This document shows positions 24,705-38,094 of a stretch of 64,000 nucleotides of DNA, one piece after another (position 1 is the stretch's first letter; every line of letters starts with the position of its first letter). Position numbers and translations under genes: made by a program. Source of the stretch: Gracilinanus agilis (Eukaryota); assembly GCF_016433145.1 (NCBI RefSeq), contig NC_058130.1, positions 776,208,791-776,272,790 of the forward strand, read 5' to 3'. A model generated the notes under the pieces. The model was not told where the DNA came from. It worked only from the letters and a program-made list of their open reading frames with translations, and did no database searches.

Positions 24705-26330
24705 CAGTTGGTCAGTGTGCATTTATGGGATAGGAAAAAAAGACAAATGATAGTCCCTGCCCCCCAGGAGCTCACAATCTAATGAGATGGATAATATGCA
24801 AACAGAAATTTACAAACAAGATATATATGTATATGTACATATGTATGTATATATTTATAAAATAGGAAATAATCACCAGAGGGAAGAATTAAGAGAGAAG
24901 GTCTGGAAAGGCTTCTAAAGAAGGTGGGATTTAAGCTGAGACTTAAAAAGAGCCAGGAAAGCCAGAAGGTAAAGATTAGATGGGAAAGCATTCCAGGTAT
25001 GGAATGACAGCCAAAGAGGATTCCTGAAGATGGAGAAGTGAAGTGTCTTGTTCATGGAACAGCAAGGAGGTCAGTGTTATTGGATCAAAGAGTATGGAGA
25101 ATGTAGGTGTCAGAAGACTGGAAAATGTGTGAGGGGGCTAGGCTAAGAAAGGTCTGGAACCTCAAATAGAGGATTTTGCATTTGATAATTAGGAGTTACT
25201 GGAATTTATTGAATGGGGGGGAGGGTGTGATGTTGACATGGTTGGATCTGCACTTGTGGAAAATGACTGAATGGAGGATGGCCTGGAATAGGAAGACTGC
25301 AGGAAGGCAGACAACCAGCAGAGAATCTGCACCAGGGCAGGGGCAGAGCCAGAAGAGAAAAAGGGGCATTTGAGAGATGGTGCACAAAGGAAATAGACCT
25401 GTCTTGGCAACAGATTGGATTGGGGGTGGGGATGGTGAGAGGTCCAGAAGAGTCCAGGATGACTCTTAATTTGGGAGCTTGAGGGACTGGGAGAATGCTG
25501 TTGCCTTTGACAGTAATAGGGAAGTTTGAAAGAGGGCGAAGATTTAGGGGAAAGATAATGACTTCATTTTTGGACTTGTTGGGTTTAAGAGGCCCATGGA
25601 ACACCTAGTTTGAGATGTATGAAAGGCTGTTGAAAATGTGAGAATGGAGGTCAGCAGAGAGGTTAGGCCCAAGTGATTAGATTCAAGAATCATCGTCATA
25701 AAGATAATAATTAAATCCATGGGAGTTGATGAGATCACCAAATGAAGTGGTATAGAGAGAGATGAGAAGAGGGCCCAGAACAGAAACCTGTGTGACATCC
25801 ACAACTAATAGTTGTGACCTGAATGAGGATCCAGCAAAGGAGATGGAGAAAGAGCAGTTATATGGGCAGAAAGAGAACCAGGAGAGATCGGTGTCACCAA
25901 TACCTAGGGAAAAGAGAGTATCAAGGAGAAGGTGGTGATCAGTAGTGTCAAAGGCTTCTGAGGTCAAGAAGGATAAGGACTGAAGAAAAAGCCATTGGAT
26001 TGGGGATTAAGAGATCATTGGTAACTGAAGAGAACAGTTTTGGTGGAATGATGAGATTGAAGGAAAATGGAATTAAGGGGGCTTGGCAACAGGTTAAATA
26101 TGGGGAATGAGAGATAATGAGGACCTGAAGATGACACCTAGGTTGTCAGTCTGGGTAGCTAGAAGGTGTTCTCCATCGTAATAGGAAAGTTGGAATAGTA
26201 GATGGTTTGGGAGAAATGGAAATGAATTCTGTTTTGTTACAGCAGTTGTAGGGAAGTGAGAAACCAGCGCTCAGGAAAGAGGTCTGGGCTGGATAGATAG
26301 ATTTGAGAATCCTCTTCTTGGGGATAATTG
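24705..26330 (-). mobile_element. LINE-2 relic with recognisable reverse transcriptase
   Basis: ORF 25683..25967 (AFDTTDHHLLL...SVLGPLLISLYT...YLYDDD) and ORF 25206..25604 (LKPNKSKNEVIIFP...LRVILDSS) are L2 RT motifs. Confidence 0.9.
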
Positions 26331-27239
26331 ACTCCACAGAGAGAGAAGGGGCCTGGAATAGAAACTGTGGTTAGTGGGTGAGACCTGGATGAAAACCTAG
26401 CAATTTGATTGGTTTTTAAAACTACATCTTACAGTTTAATTTTGTTTTCTTATTGTTCAGTTTATTAATTTCTCCTCTGTTTTTGATCATTTTATCCTTT
26501 TTCCTTTTCTTTGATGTGTTAATTACAGTTTTCATTTTTTATTTTCTTTAAATGTAGGACCAATTCATTGAGTTGATTTTTCTCTTTCTTGTTCATTTAG
26601 ACCTTGAGTGATATTTAAAGGCCCCTTTGTCCACATCTATGTCTTTTACTGATTCTTTGTCATAGTTTAGAAATAATACTGAGTCTTGAAGACTATGCCA
26701 TTGGAGATGGTAGTACACTATGTTAGTGCATGTATGTGTTTGTATGAATCTGATACAGTACTTTAGTTGGACAGAGCTGGGTTTAGAGTTGAAAAGGAGG
26801 AGGACAAGACATAGGACAAGGCCATGTTTAGAAAGTGTTGCAGCTCTCTTGGTGATCCCTGCTTATTACTTCCTGTCACCAGAAAATTAGCATTCATCTA
26901 ATGACAACATATGGTTGAAGAAGCCAGGGAGACCTAGGAGGCGGAACATCCTAGACAGAGAGGACAGCAGTGAAAAATGTAAGGAACAGCAAGGAGGCTG
27001 GTATCATGGGATCACAGAATATGTTCCAGAAAGGTAGTAGAAGCCAATTTAGGAAGGACACTTTCCAGTCTGGTAATAGGGTAGCCCTTGAGCAGATTGA
27101 CTGGAGTTCAAGGGAATGACACTGTCAAATTTGCACATTAGGGAGATCACTGGGAGAGGCACAAAACTTACTGGGAGAGATCTGAGGAGGGAACTCCATG
27201 CTGCCAGGGAGAGGGGGATCAAGAAGGCTTCCTTAAGGA

Positions 27240-27980
27240 AGCCACATGTTGGATTAGGCTTTAAAAAACCAGTAGAATTCTGGAAGGCAATTTGGAATTC
27301 TGTCCAAAGGGCTTCAAAAGAGTTCATACCCTTTAATCCAACAATGCCAATAGTAGGTTTGTATCCGAAAGAGATTTAACAAACTGCACAAGGACCTGTT
27401 TGTACAAAAAAATTTCTAGCTGTGCTTTTTGTGGTGGCAAAAAATTGGAAAATGGGGGGGTGTCCCTGGATTGGGGAATGGCTGAACAATTGGGTATATG
27501 ATGGTGATAGAATACTATTGTGCTACAAGGAATGATGAACTGCTTGATTTCTATATGAACTGGAAAGACCTCCATGAACTGATACGGATTAAAATGAGCA
27601 GAACCAGGAGAACATTGTACACTGAGATTGAACAGTTAAATTGTGGAACGATCAAATGTAATGAACTTTGCTACTAATAGCAATGCAATGATCCAGGACA
27701 CTCCCGAGGGACTTATGAGAAAGATGCTATCCACATCCAGAGAAAGAACGGTTGGAGAAGAGATGCAGAAGAACACATGATTTATCACTTGTTTATATGT
27801 ATAGGATTTGGGGTTTTGGTTTTAAAAGACGACTCTATTACAAAAATGAATAATATGGAAATAGGTTTTGAGTGATAATATGTGTATAACCCAGTGGAAT
27901 TGCTTGTCAGCTCAGGGAGGGAGAGAATCATATAACCATGGAAAGTAGTTAAAAATAATAATAAAAATTATGTTTTAAAA
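27240..27980 (+). mobile_element. LINE-1 3' end
   Basis: ataccctttaatccaacaatgcca... ORF2 C-terminus and 3' UTR. Confidence 0.9.
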
Positions 27981-29313
27981 AAAAGATGGGTAGAATCTGA
28001 ACATTGGGAATATAGGCTTTGGACCTAAATAGCTAGACTAAAGTTCCAGCTCTGTCTTCTACTACTTGTGTCACTGTACAAGTAATTTCTCTTCTCTGGG
28101 CCCCAGTTTTCTCCTCTGTAAAGTGAGATAGCTGGACAGTATGCTTCCTAAGACCATTTCCAGGTCTGGCTTGTCATTTCTCTCTTCAAGAAGTTTCAGT
28201 GGCTCTCTGTTGCCTTTAAGATACACTAGAAGCTCCTCTCTTAGTCTAGCTTTGGTCTGTCTTCTTTAGTGTGGGAGGCCAATAAGAGAAACAGAATCTC
28301 AAATACATATTTTTATCTGGACTCCATCAAAAGGTCAATGCAGTCTGGCAGAGCCTGTGTTAACCCTTCTGCTCTCCAAGTTCGAGCAAGACAGGGTGAA
28401 CTATCTAAGATAAAAAATCTGAGATTCCTCTTTTGACTCCTTTTCTGATCCACACCTTTTCTTATTGGAAAAACATTACAGTCTTATTGGAAAGCTTTAA
28501 GTTCTTAGCAAACCAGCAGCCAAGAAGTTAACATTTTCTCCCTTGGTCAGAAATGCAGCTGCTGGGTCTCAAAAGTTGTTTCAGACAGCCAAGGCCAAAA
28601 CCTTGTCCAGCAGGGGCTATCCACCCCTGAGAAAAGTATTCCCAGACTTAACTTACTATAATAAGGTGGCTAGAATTCAACTTTGGATCGTGTTCTATTC
28701 CAGGCTAATCTCTACCCTGAAATCACTGAGGTTTTTTGTGCTTTTGATATGACATAATTTGTATTTCTGCACAACTGCAAAGTTTCTTCGTGCTTTTGTG
28801 TGAAATGGGTTTTGTATACAGCATATAATAAAATCCTAAGCTCATTGCAAGGAGTTGGAGGAGAAGCAGCCATGAGCTGACAGACAAGATCATCTTGTCT
28901 CCTGCTTTTTTCTTTATCACCTAAGCCGTCCTTATCAGAATCTAGGAGCAATTGGATAGCTTTCAACACTTTAGGCTGCTCACATCTTCCTCTTCCTAAG
29001 GGAAAACATTCCAGCCAGCCCAGTTTATTTACTGATCCCCAGACACAACATTCTATTCTTTCTGCACAAGTTGTCTGTGTCTCCAGGCCTGGAGTGCTCC
29101 CTCTTATCACTTTGGCCTCCTTCTTTATAGGCTCAGCTCACCTGCCTCCGCCTTTAGGAAGCCTTTCCTGATTCCCTCAGTCATTAGTGCTCTTTCCCTC
29201 CCTCACCGCTCTGTCCATTTTGCATTGATGTTCTGTCATCAGTAAGAATGTAAGAGGCAGAGCTCAGTTCCCCTTTTTTGTACCTAGCATTTGGCACAGT
29301 GCTCACATAGTAA

Positions 29314-29558
29314 GGGCAATTAGGTGATTCATTGGGCCTGGAGTCAGGAAGATCTGAGTTGAAATCCAACCTCAGACACTTACTAGCTGTAATAGCCCAA
29401 ATAACTGGGCAAGTTATTTAACTGTGTTGACCTCAGTTTCCTCATCTGTCAAATGAGCTGGATAAGGAAATGACAAACCACGCCAGTATCTTTGCCAAGA
29501 AAACCTTGAATGGGGTCACAAAGAGTCAGACACAATTGAAAAGTGACTGAACAACAAC
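29314..29558 (+). mobile_element. Mar1 SINE
   Basis: Head gggcaattaggtg, CORE, tail gggtcacaaagagtcagacac...gactgaacaacaac. Confidence 0.85.
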
Positions 29559-30409
29559 GGTCTCATAGTAAGGACTTGATAAATCCTGCTGACTGATAGG
29601 AACTTTCTAGGCACTGGGAATAGAAGGAATCGTGGACCAGGGGTGAGAGAATGCAGAACCAGGGCAGGTGACATTAGGAAGGAGCATAGTGTGTGCAGAT
29701 GTGAACAAGGTGACGTTAGGCTGGAAAGACGGGGTGGCACCAGACTGGGAAGCACCTCGAATGCCAAACAGAACAGTTTAAACTAATAAGGAGAACAGGG
29801 AGTTTTCTGTTCCCATGAATGACATGGGCAGATCTAGGGAAGATTTTCCTAGCAAAAGAATCAGAGCCGGGAATCTAACTTGAGAGGTTGTTATAGTAGT
29901 CTAACAGAGTAATAATAATGGTCTGAACGAGGCCCCTGGCAGTGGGACTAGAGAAGAATCGATGCAAGAGGTGTTAGGAAGACCTTGGGGCCCATTTGAT
30001 ATTACAGATGATGATAAAGGAAGATTCAAAGATAACGTGAAGGTTATTTACTGGTCCTTTGTACCAGCAGCAGTGGATTTGGTTTTTCACATCTACAACA
30101 TGAGGATATTTTGTCAGCCTTAAAAAAATCCATCGAGAGGATATGATTTGGGATGTAGAATCTAAACCACCACCCCAGTGCAACTATCAATAATGGAAAT
30201 AGGTCTTGATCAATGATACATGTAAAAACCAGTGGAATTTCTGGTTGGCTATGGGGAGGGGGTTTGGGAGGGGAGGGAAAGAATATGAATCATGTAACCA
30301 TGGAAAAATATTCCAAAAAATTAAAAAACAATCCATCAAGACATAGTTGCACCTTATTTTTTGGTCTGTTCTTAGACAGTTTAGTAGCCTTGGTCAAGAA
30401 CATATGTAT

Positions 30410-30720
30410 CACACATGGAAACTGAGGGGGTTTTTGGAAGAAGAGAAGACTTGGGGCCCTGTTTTCAGACATTTGAAGAATTGTCTAAGAGAAGAGGCAT
30501 TAGCTTTATTTTGCTTTATTCAGTGGGTAGGGGTTACAAGAGGGGAGATTTCTGCTCAGTATAAGAAGACTCCTAGCAATTGGTACTATCCCCACGTGGA
30601 ATGGAAATTGTGAGTTCTTGTTCACTGGAGGTGTCCGAGAAGAGGCATTTGTCAAGTCGATGTGGAGGGGATTCTGACTTCAGATACATATTAGATTAAG
30701 TGATCTCAGAGGATCCTTTG
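30410..30720 (+). mobile_element. L3/CR1 3' fragment
   Basis: gtgagttcttgttcactggaggtgtccgagaagagg motif. Confidence 0.6.
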
Positions 30721-31845
30721 AGTTGTTCTAGGAAAATGTTTTGTGCATTTTCTTAAACTACAAGTGATAACTTACCTTTTTTTTAATATATATTTCCAAG
30801 TAGCTCCATAATTCTGTTGTTTTCTTTCCTTGATTTGTTGTTCTCTCTAAATCTATGCACTTCATCTACATTCTCAGTTGAATTTCATTCTGAGCCTGTT
30901 TCACCCTGTTCTCTGCCAGTCTGTTTTAATAATAGACTCAGTGTTAGAATTGCAAAGGCCCTTAGGAGAAGACCATTTTAGAGCTGGAGCCCCGAGAGCT
31001 TCAGGGACTTTATCAAGGGGCTTGATTCTAAATTCCATGCCCCTTTGAAGAAACCACACTCCTTCCCTAGCAATATTTTTCAGATTCATAGACTCGGCAC
31101 ATCCCGGGATTTTGTAGTTGGAAGGGACTTTGAAGAACTTCATTTTACTGAAGTTATTGATCCGGGATTCACATTCAGGTTTTCTAAGCCCTTAGCCAGG
31201 CTTTTTTCCAGCATATGCCAAACTGCCTTCTTTAGCTTTTTCTCTATGATTCTCTGCTTTGCTGAGTTTTGTGATTTTTCTCCTAAGATTTTCTAGCTGC
31301 ATTGTGATTCTTCCTTTAATTTCTCCAGTATTTTTAAAAGCTGTTTTTGGTTCTCTTAATTTCTCGTGTGATTTCTTTATTTTTTGGAGGGGCAGAGGAG
31401 TGATTTTAGTTCCTCCTTTGATTCCCCCAGTATGTCTGTTATCTGTTTAATTCTTCATCTCTCAGGATTTCTTGTGTTATTTTTGGTGCTTCTTCTGAAA
31501 TCATTGTGGCAGACTTTTCTTCTGTTGTATTACCATATTATTTTTTCCTTATTATTTCTTTTCATCCCATAATGATTTAAAAATACTTAAGTTAATTCAG
31601 CTTGCTCATTGTTTTGCTACATTTTTAATTTCATGTGAGATTTTTGAGTGATTTTATTACTTTTCTTTGTTACTATTATTTTTTGAGGAGGGTCATGAAG
31701 ACTCAGGCTCTCCTGTGACTTCTCACTCTATGTCTCAGAAATCCCTTTGGAGTCATTTTAAAGAATAGCATATTATTAGTGGGGGGAGGGGGCAGGGAAT
31801 AGCTTAAATCTCCAACCAGAATTGCTGGTTGAATCATTGGAACTT

Positions 31846-32057
31846 TTCCCCTTTTTTTAAAAACACATGCCTTCTGTCTTAGAATTCATACTGTTTATTG
31901 GTTCTGAGGTAGAAGAACAGTGAGGGTGAGGCAGTTTGGGTTAAGTGACCTGCCCAGGGTCACACAGCTAGGATGTGCCTGAGACCACATTTTAACCCAG
32001 GACTTCTGTTTTCCAGGGCTGGTGCTCTATCTACTGAATCACCTTGATGGCTCTGCG
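31846..32057 (-). mobile_element. SINE1_Mdo-type SINE with 12-bp TSD
   Basis: TSD TCATTGGAACTT at 31834-31845 and 32058-32069. Confidence 0.9.
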
Positions 32058-33539
32058 TCATTGGAACTTGACTAGAGCCATTTTGCAAATGTATTTTTAT
32101 ATTTTACTTTCTTAATTGGGCAGAGAGGGAGAATGGGATCATGGAAAGAGCCCTGGGTTTAGAGGTAAAAAAGACCTGGTTTCACATTCTTTGCCTGCCT
32201 CCTCAGTACTGCTGCCATCTTTGGGGCGGTCAGCTCATTGCTCTGATCCCTGCTTTTTATCAAGGCAGTGGGAATGCCTAGAATGTCTATTAAGTGTTCA
32301 TTAAATTTAGTTGATTGAATTAAAAATTGCTGATGTAAATAGACTTGGAGAAAGGAAGATCTGTATTCAAATCCTGCCTCAGACACTTGTTAGCTTTGAG
32401 TTCCTGAGCACAGGGTCATTTCCTCTCTCTCACCTTCAGTTTCCTCATTTGTAAAATGGGTATCTACCTCCCAAGTTGCTTTGAGAATCAAATGAATTAA
32501 GATATACAGCTCTTAGCAAATCCTTGAGTGCTCTAAAAATGTTACCTATTGTTACTACTACTACTAAAACTAAGTCATTATCTAGTTCTCTTTATTAATT
32601 TGCATTTAGTTCATTCCCACTCATCTCAAAATTTCCAATTTTCCTTCTCAAAGTTTATCAAGCAGAGAATTGAGAGACATTTTAATGTTTCAGGTTTTAT
32701 CATACCATCATGAAAAAAACCAGTTGCTGAAAATATTCCCCTTTTTTCATAATTATTTTGAGACCACTTCAATTGCTCCTATGAGGTTGTTTTCCTCATT
32801 GACTAAATGAAAGTTATTTAATGTTATAGCTCTGATGAGAGAAATATCTTTGTGCCAGACTCTAGCCTCTGTATACCACCTTGAACTAAGATGTTTCATC
32901 CTGGCATCTTTTTTCCTTCTTTGTGTGGGAAGGGAAATTCCCTTCCCACAGCCCCTGTCGGGTGATGAGCTTCAATCCATCATACAGCAAGTAGGGTATT
33001 ATGCCAAGCAACTCTTTATCTCTTTTCTATATTTCCCTCTCTTTACTATCACTACTTTGATGTAATAAAGCTACTAGCAGCCTCATAATTTAATTTTAAC
33101 TATTACAGTTGTCAATTGACATTCTTTAAAAATGTTTTTATTTAATTAGCACATTGTGTCTGAACATGTGACATTTCCTGACAAACACCTTAATCAACTC
33201 CTGCAGGAGGTATGGTTGTGCCACTTTCCATCCTCAGCTGTGGTGTTTGAATCTCATTACCCCTCCGAGTGAGCTGTACTTCCATTGTTGTCACTGTGCA
33301 AATGATTCCTGTGGCTCTGCTTTCTTCATGTGGCCCCACTTCATTCGGGGCTTCCCATGTCTCTTGGAGTAATTCAGAATTCTGCTGAACAAGTTTGGAA
33401 TAAAGTAAGACCTGTGCTCAGTTCCTATTGGCCATTCTTGCTCATTCAGTTCTTCTGTTCTCTCAAAAATCAGCTCTCACTGCTCAGTGACTGCTCTCAA
33501 CCTCCTTTCTCCTCCTTCTCAGTGGAGTCTTTATTAATG

Positions 33540-33697
33540 GAGGTGGCTAGTTGGCTAAATGGATAGACCCTGGGCTGGAGTCAGGAAGACCCAAGTTCAA
33601 ACCTGGCCTCAGACAGCTCAGTCTGTCATAATCCACTGGAAAAGGAAATGGCAAACCAATTCAGTATCCTTGCCAAGAAAACCCCATGGACAGTCCT
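33540..33697 (+). mobile_element. Short Mar1-type SINE
   Basis: ggagtcaggaagacccaagttcaaacc...ggaaaaggaaatggcaaacca. Confidence 0.75.
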
Positions 33698-34108
33698 GGT
33701 TTGCTTTGTTCTCTCCTTATTGGTAGATTCTTTCTCACTTCCTACAAAGATCTCCAAGTCTCCTCTATTCTCAAAAAAATAAATCCCAGCTCCTTCACTT
33801 TTCCCTACTGTTCCCACAAGTTTTTTTTTCTTCTTTCCATTGTAGTGATGTAGAAAGTTTGCTGAATTTGGAGGCAGGAGACAGGTACAATTTCTGGCCC
33901 CTTTGCTTACTGGGTAACCTTGGGGAAATCACTGCCTCTCTTTGGGTATGAGTTTCCTGCTAGTATCTCAGGGACATCCTGTCTCTTAGTCCACCATGAT
34001 CTTCGGGAAGAGTGTGCTTGGACTTTAGGCAGTTTCTACCTAGCCATGATTCCTGATGGTCAGTGAAGCCTTACTTGTCTCAGCTACGGATGGGGTGAGC
34101 CTCTAGGA

Positions 34109-34412
34109 CAGTGATAGCAAACCGATGACACGCACTGCATGCAGAAGTACGGGGCTGCATGCCGAGGATGAAACATTTGCTGTGGTATAGTATAGACACT
34201 CTGTGCACTATAGATGACAATTCTACCTATATTAATTTGCCTATTTTGGTTTATTAAATACAGCTATATATTATAATGAAACATTTTTGTTATTTAAGCT
34301 ATAAATATCACAAAATTATGGTGTTTTTTCTCAAAGAGATGCACCACCTGAGTTATGCTCCTTTTTTTTGGCAAATTTTGACACACCAAGCTCAAAAGGT
34401 TGCCCATCACTG
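34109..34412. mobile_element. Non-autonomous hAT MITE (304 bp)
   Basis: Termini CAGTGATAGCAAACC / GGTTGCCCATCACTG; TSD CTCTAGGA / CCCTAGGA (7/8). Confidence 0.92.
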
Positions 34413-34999
34413 CCCTAGGATCACTTCTTGCTCCTCAGGCCATTGATGTTGGTCAACATAGCATAGACTTGATCCCTAAATCCCCACTCCTGAACCTCTG
34501 GAAATTCACAAACTAGTTGTTTCCAGCTTTCTTCATGTAAAAAGAAAGAACAAATACCAAGAACCAAGGCCTGTTTATAAGGGGTTGCATGTTGCCTTGA
34601 AGGCCTTTCCTTTTGCAGAATTGTTAATCCAGAGGCCTCTTTATTTCCCTATGCTTGGGGGACCAGAACCAGTTACAGGATGTCTATGCAGGCTCTAAAG
34701 ACTACAAGGCATTTCTATTACGTGGCACCACAACTCTCTGGGAGGCACTTAGGGAATTGCATTAGTGACACTCTACATTTGCTTGTACTTGGGCTTATCT
34801 CATTGGCTAGTTTCTCTTTTAGATTCTACCTGAGATATTTCTAAGACTAATCCATTTCCTAGACTCTTAGCTTTTGTTCTTAACTCTTTATGTACTTTCT
34901 TAAGAGTAAAGGCTTAGGTGGGAGAGAAAGGATTTTTTATTTTCTCAGAATTTTGATTAAGTGCTGATAAATACTTAATTCTTAATATTTTAAATTCAA

Positions 35000-35950
35000 C
35001 TAACGAAGGCTTTTAATATGCTTTCACACATGGGAGGCTTGATAAGAGTAGCGGTAGTTTGGAAAAACCACTGGGATGAGTAGGATGGAAAATTGATTAG
35101 GGAGTAGAAGGATCCACTTGCTGTAGTGAGGGTCCAGTTGAGATCAGATAACAAATTTGTAGTTGACCCATTCACTGGGTTTCCTGACATCTCTCCAGCT
35201 CTGTTTAGCAGCACATGAGTAAGAGTGAAGAGAGGAGTGAATATGGAGAGAGTAATCTTAGCTTTTGGGTAAGTAATCTTAGCTTTTTTGGGGGGGAGGG
35301 AGTAAGCTTAATGGTAGTGGGACAAAGAAAGAAGGGATTAAAGGGGAGAAGATAGTGTAGAGTTGACCTGGTTCACAGATGGTAATCAGAACAGGAAGTG
35401 ATGATAAGTAAATACCCAGTGGTAAGGATTGGAGGTCAGTGAGGACACTGAACTGGGTTAAGGATAAGTAGTCTTTGAAAATGGGGAATGATAAAAGATT
35501 ATGACTGAATAGTAGAATTTTTAGAGTTTTTGATGGAAGTAGTATGGTAATGGCAGAATCAAGGGTATGCCCATCCCCTGGGTGTGGCTGAGGTAGAGAA
35601 GGGGAGTATATACCATGGCAGTTGAATAAATTGAGTAACTAGGAGGTTAGGGTATTTGAGGGAACATCAGTGTATGTGTTGAAGTTACCTAGTGTGAAGG
35701 CAGGAGTTGGGGTTAAGGAGTGAGAGAACCAAGCACAGAACTCATTGAGAAGGGAGGAAGAACATTCTGGACTTTGATAGAATCTCTAGATTTGATGATT
35801 AAATTTGAATGAGTGAGCCTGAAAGGAAGAGACTGAGTTATGGTGGTAAAATAGAGACTCTGCAAGTGGTACTGGGGAAAAAGGAGTATTTGGACTCTCC
35901 TCCCCCTTTCCTCCAACCATTGAGTCAGGAGGAGTAGGAGAGAAGATGGG
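35000..35950 (-). mobile_element. LINE-2 ORF2 internal fragment
   Basis: Purine-rich antisense L2 body (gacccattcactggg..., ggtagtgggacaaag...). Confidence 0.65.
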
Positions 35951-37657
35951 CCAGCTCAGGTGCCACTTTCTACATTAAGTCTTTCCTGTGTTTCTTTTTT
36001 TTGAGATTAATTTGTATCAATTTTAAAAAAATTTTGTGTACCTATTGTATTCTCCCAAAGGAATGGAGGCTTTTTGAGGACGGGGACTATTTTTTGTCCC
36101 TAGGGCTGACCACAGTGCTGAGTTCTATCAGACCCAGGGCTAGAACCCAGGGCTCTGGATTCCTCAGCCAGATCATTAACTCTTCAGTGGGAAGATGCAA
36201 GAAGCTTTAGACAGAAAGTGGGTATGTGTTTATGTGCATGCATAAATATATTACAAAAGTGTATAGATATGGATATGTATTCATATATCTCTGTACATGA
36301 ATATCTATCTAATTTTTTATCTATTTTTAAAAACTTGTACCATAGCAAGTGGTTTCAAAGACCAGACTTTTAACTTGCAGTATTTTAAAATATCTGTAAT
36401 ATATTTCATCCTTGTCTTTTTTGTTCTCTGGATATTTTTCTTATTGGGTCTTTGAGATCTAGGTTTTCTTCAAGGTATTTTTAGAAAGAGGAAATCAGTA
36501 TGTGTCACTAAAGGGGAAAATATATACCTTAAGGCTTAATTATGCAATTAGAATTTTTATAAGGCAGATAATAAATTCTTGCTTTATTGCAATCATTGCT
36601 TTGAAAGCTGAACTGCTCTGAAGACTCCTAGAGATATCATCATGATTATCATCAACATTCACAGCAACAACAAACAGTTATTGAGGGTCTGTGAAGTGGG
36701 GAGTATTCACTAGGCCCTTGGGATGTTTTCGATTCAAAATGCAGTTAGTTCTTGACTTTGAAGAGTTTCTATTTTGAAGGGAAATTAGGCTCATTATGTA
36801 CATGTACCAGCATTATGTGTGTGTGTATGTGTATACACACACATGTGCACTTTCACAGAAATGGGGGGGAGAGAGAGAGATCATAATCAAAGTAGTGGGT
36901 AGCTGTAGGGGAGTGCTGGATTAAGGATTTGGAATTAATTGGGGAAGATTCAGCTGCATTTCACAAATCAGAGAACAGAATTTTATGGCTGGAAGGTGCC
37001 TAGAGATTATTATCTAATTCATTCCCTTCATTTTGCCCATCAGGTTCTCTGGCCCAGGCAAGTGAGGCCTGGGTTTCCATGATGCTGTGAAACGACTCTT
37101 TGGGGTTCCACAGTGAGTTAGGGACAGAGCCAAGACTAACATCCATGTTTCTGGATGGCCAGCCAGCTACTCCTAAACAAAGGGAGGCTACAGGGCGGTG
37201 AATGAGGAATTGCTCATTTTCATACTAGAAAATTTGAAGAAATGCTTTGATTCCCAAATCGTAGGCCTGCTGGCCATGAAAGGCAGCTCTGACCATGTGC
37301 CCTGGCTTACAGCCCTTTAGCACTTGGACTGCCCACAGGACCGAATCCAAAGCCCGTTAGCCTGCTGCTCTCTGTGCCTATCCAGGCTTGTCTCAGGCTC
37401 CTCACTTCCTCTTGTCAGACTTGGATTCTGTAGTGCTTTCTTTCCTTTGTTCACACCGTTGTCTAAGCCTGGGTTGTCCTCTCAACATCCTTCCCAGCTC
37501 AGATAGTCTCTTCCTCTGTGTTCCTTTTTCTCTCAGTTAGAAGTGATCTTTCCTGCCTGAAGCCACTTTGTCTTTTCTGAATGACAATTATAGGCAGCTT
37601 TTATTTACTTAGATCTTGTTCGGTGTGGTTAATTCGGTGGGTCACAACTGCCTGCTG

Positions 37658-37873
37658 CCCTTTTAGCAAACCTATGGCATGTGTGCCAGAGGGAGCTGCT
37701 CCCTTCCCCCTCTCCATGTGCGCCTAAGGACATTTCTCACATGACCCACCCCTCTGCCCAGCAGCCCAGTGGGAATACTTCCTCCCTCCCCTGGCTGGGG
37801 TAAGGCAGGAGCTCACATGTGGCGTGAGGGTGTGGTTTGGGCACTCAGTCTCTAAAAGGTATCACCATCACTG
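37658..37873. mobile_element. Non-autonomous hAT MITE (216 bp) with altered left terminus
   Basis: Right terminus ...CACCATCACTG; TSD GCCTGCTG (37650-37657) / GCCTACTG (37874-37881); left terminal 8 nt differ from the expected CAGTGATG. Confidence 0.85.
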
Positions 37874-38094
37874 GCCTACTGTATTCCCTTAGTTTCATGA
37901 GTAGTATAGAGGTTTGTCCAGAAACTTGCAGATAATGAATAGAAATATAGTTAATTGATTTGAAATGGTGTATTTGTATTCCAAGGGAATATATGTATAT
38001 ATCTAGGTATTATTCAGACTATATATATTATTATATATGTTATAAATATACCCACATAATTGAATTTCAGTTCAACTACTATATCTATATATCA

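Noticed and set aside
28460-28493. 12-bp direct repeat TCTTATTGGAAA with two CCAAT boxes
   Set aside because: Explained by simple slippage duplication; no other promoter evidence.
28882-28900. Palindrome AGACAAGAT-C-ATCTTGTCT
   Set aside because: A 9-bp arm with a fixed spacer has about a 0.24 chance expectation in 64 kb (64000/4^9).
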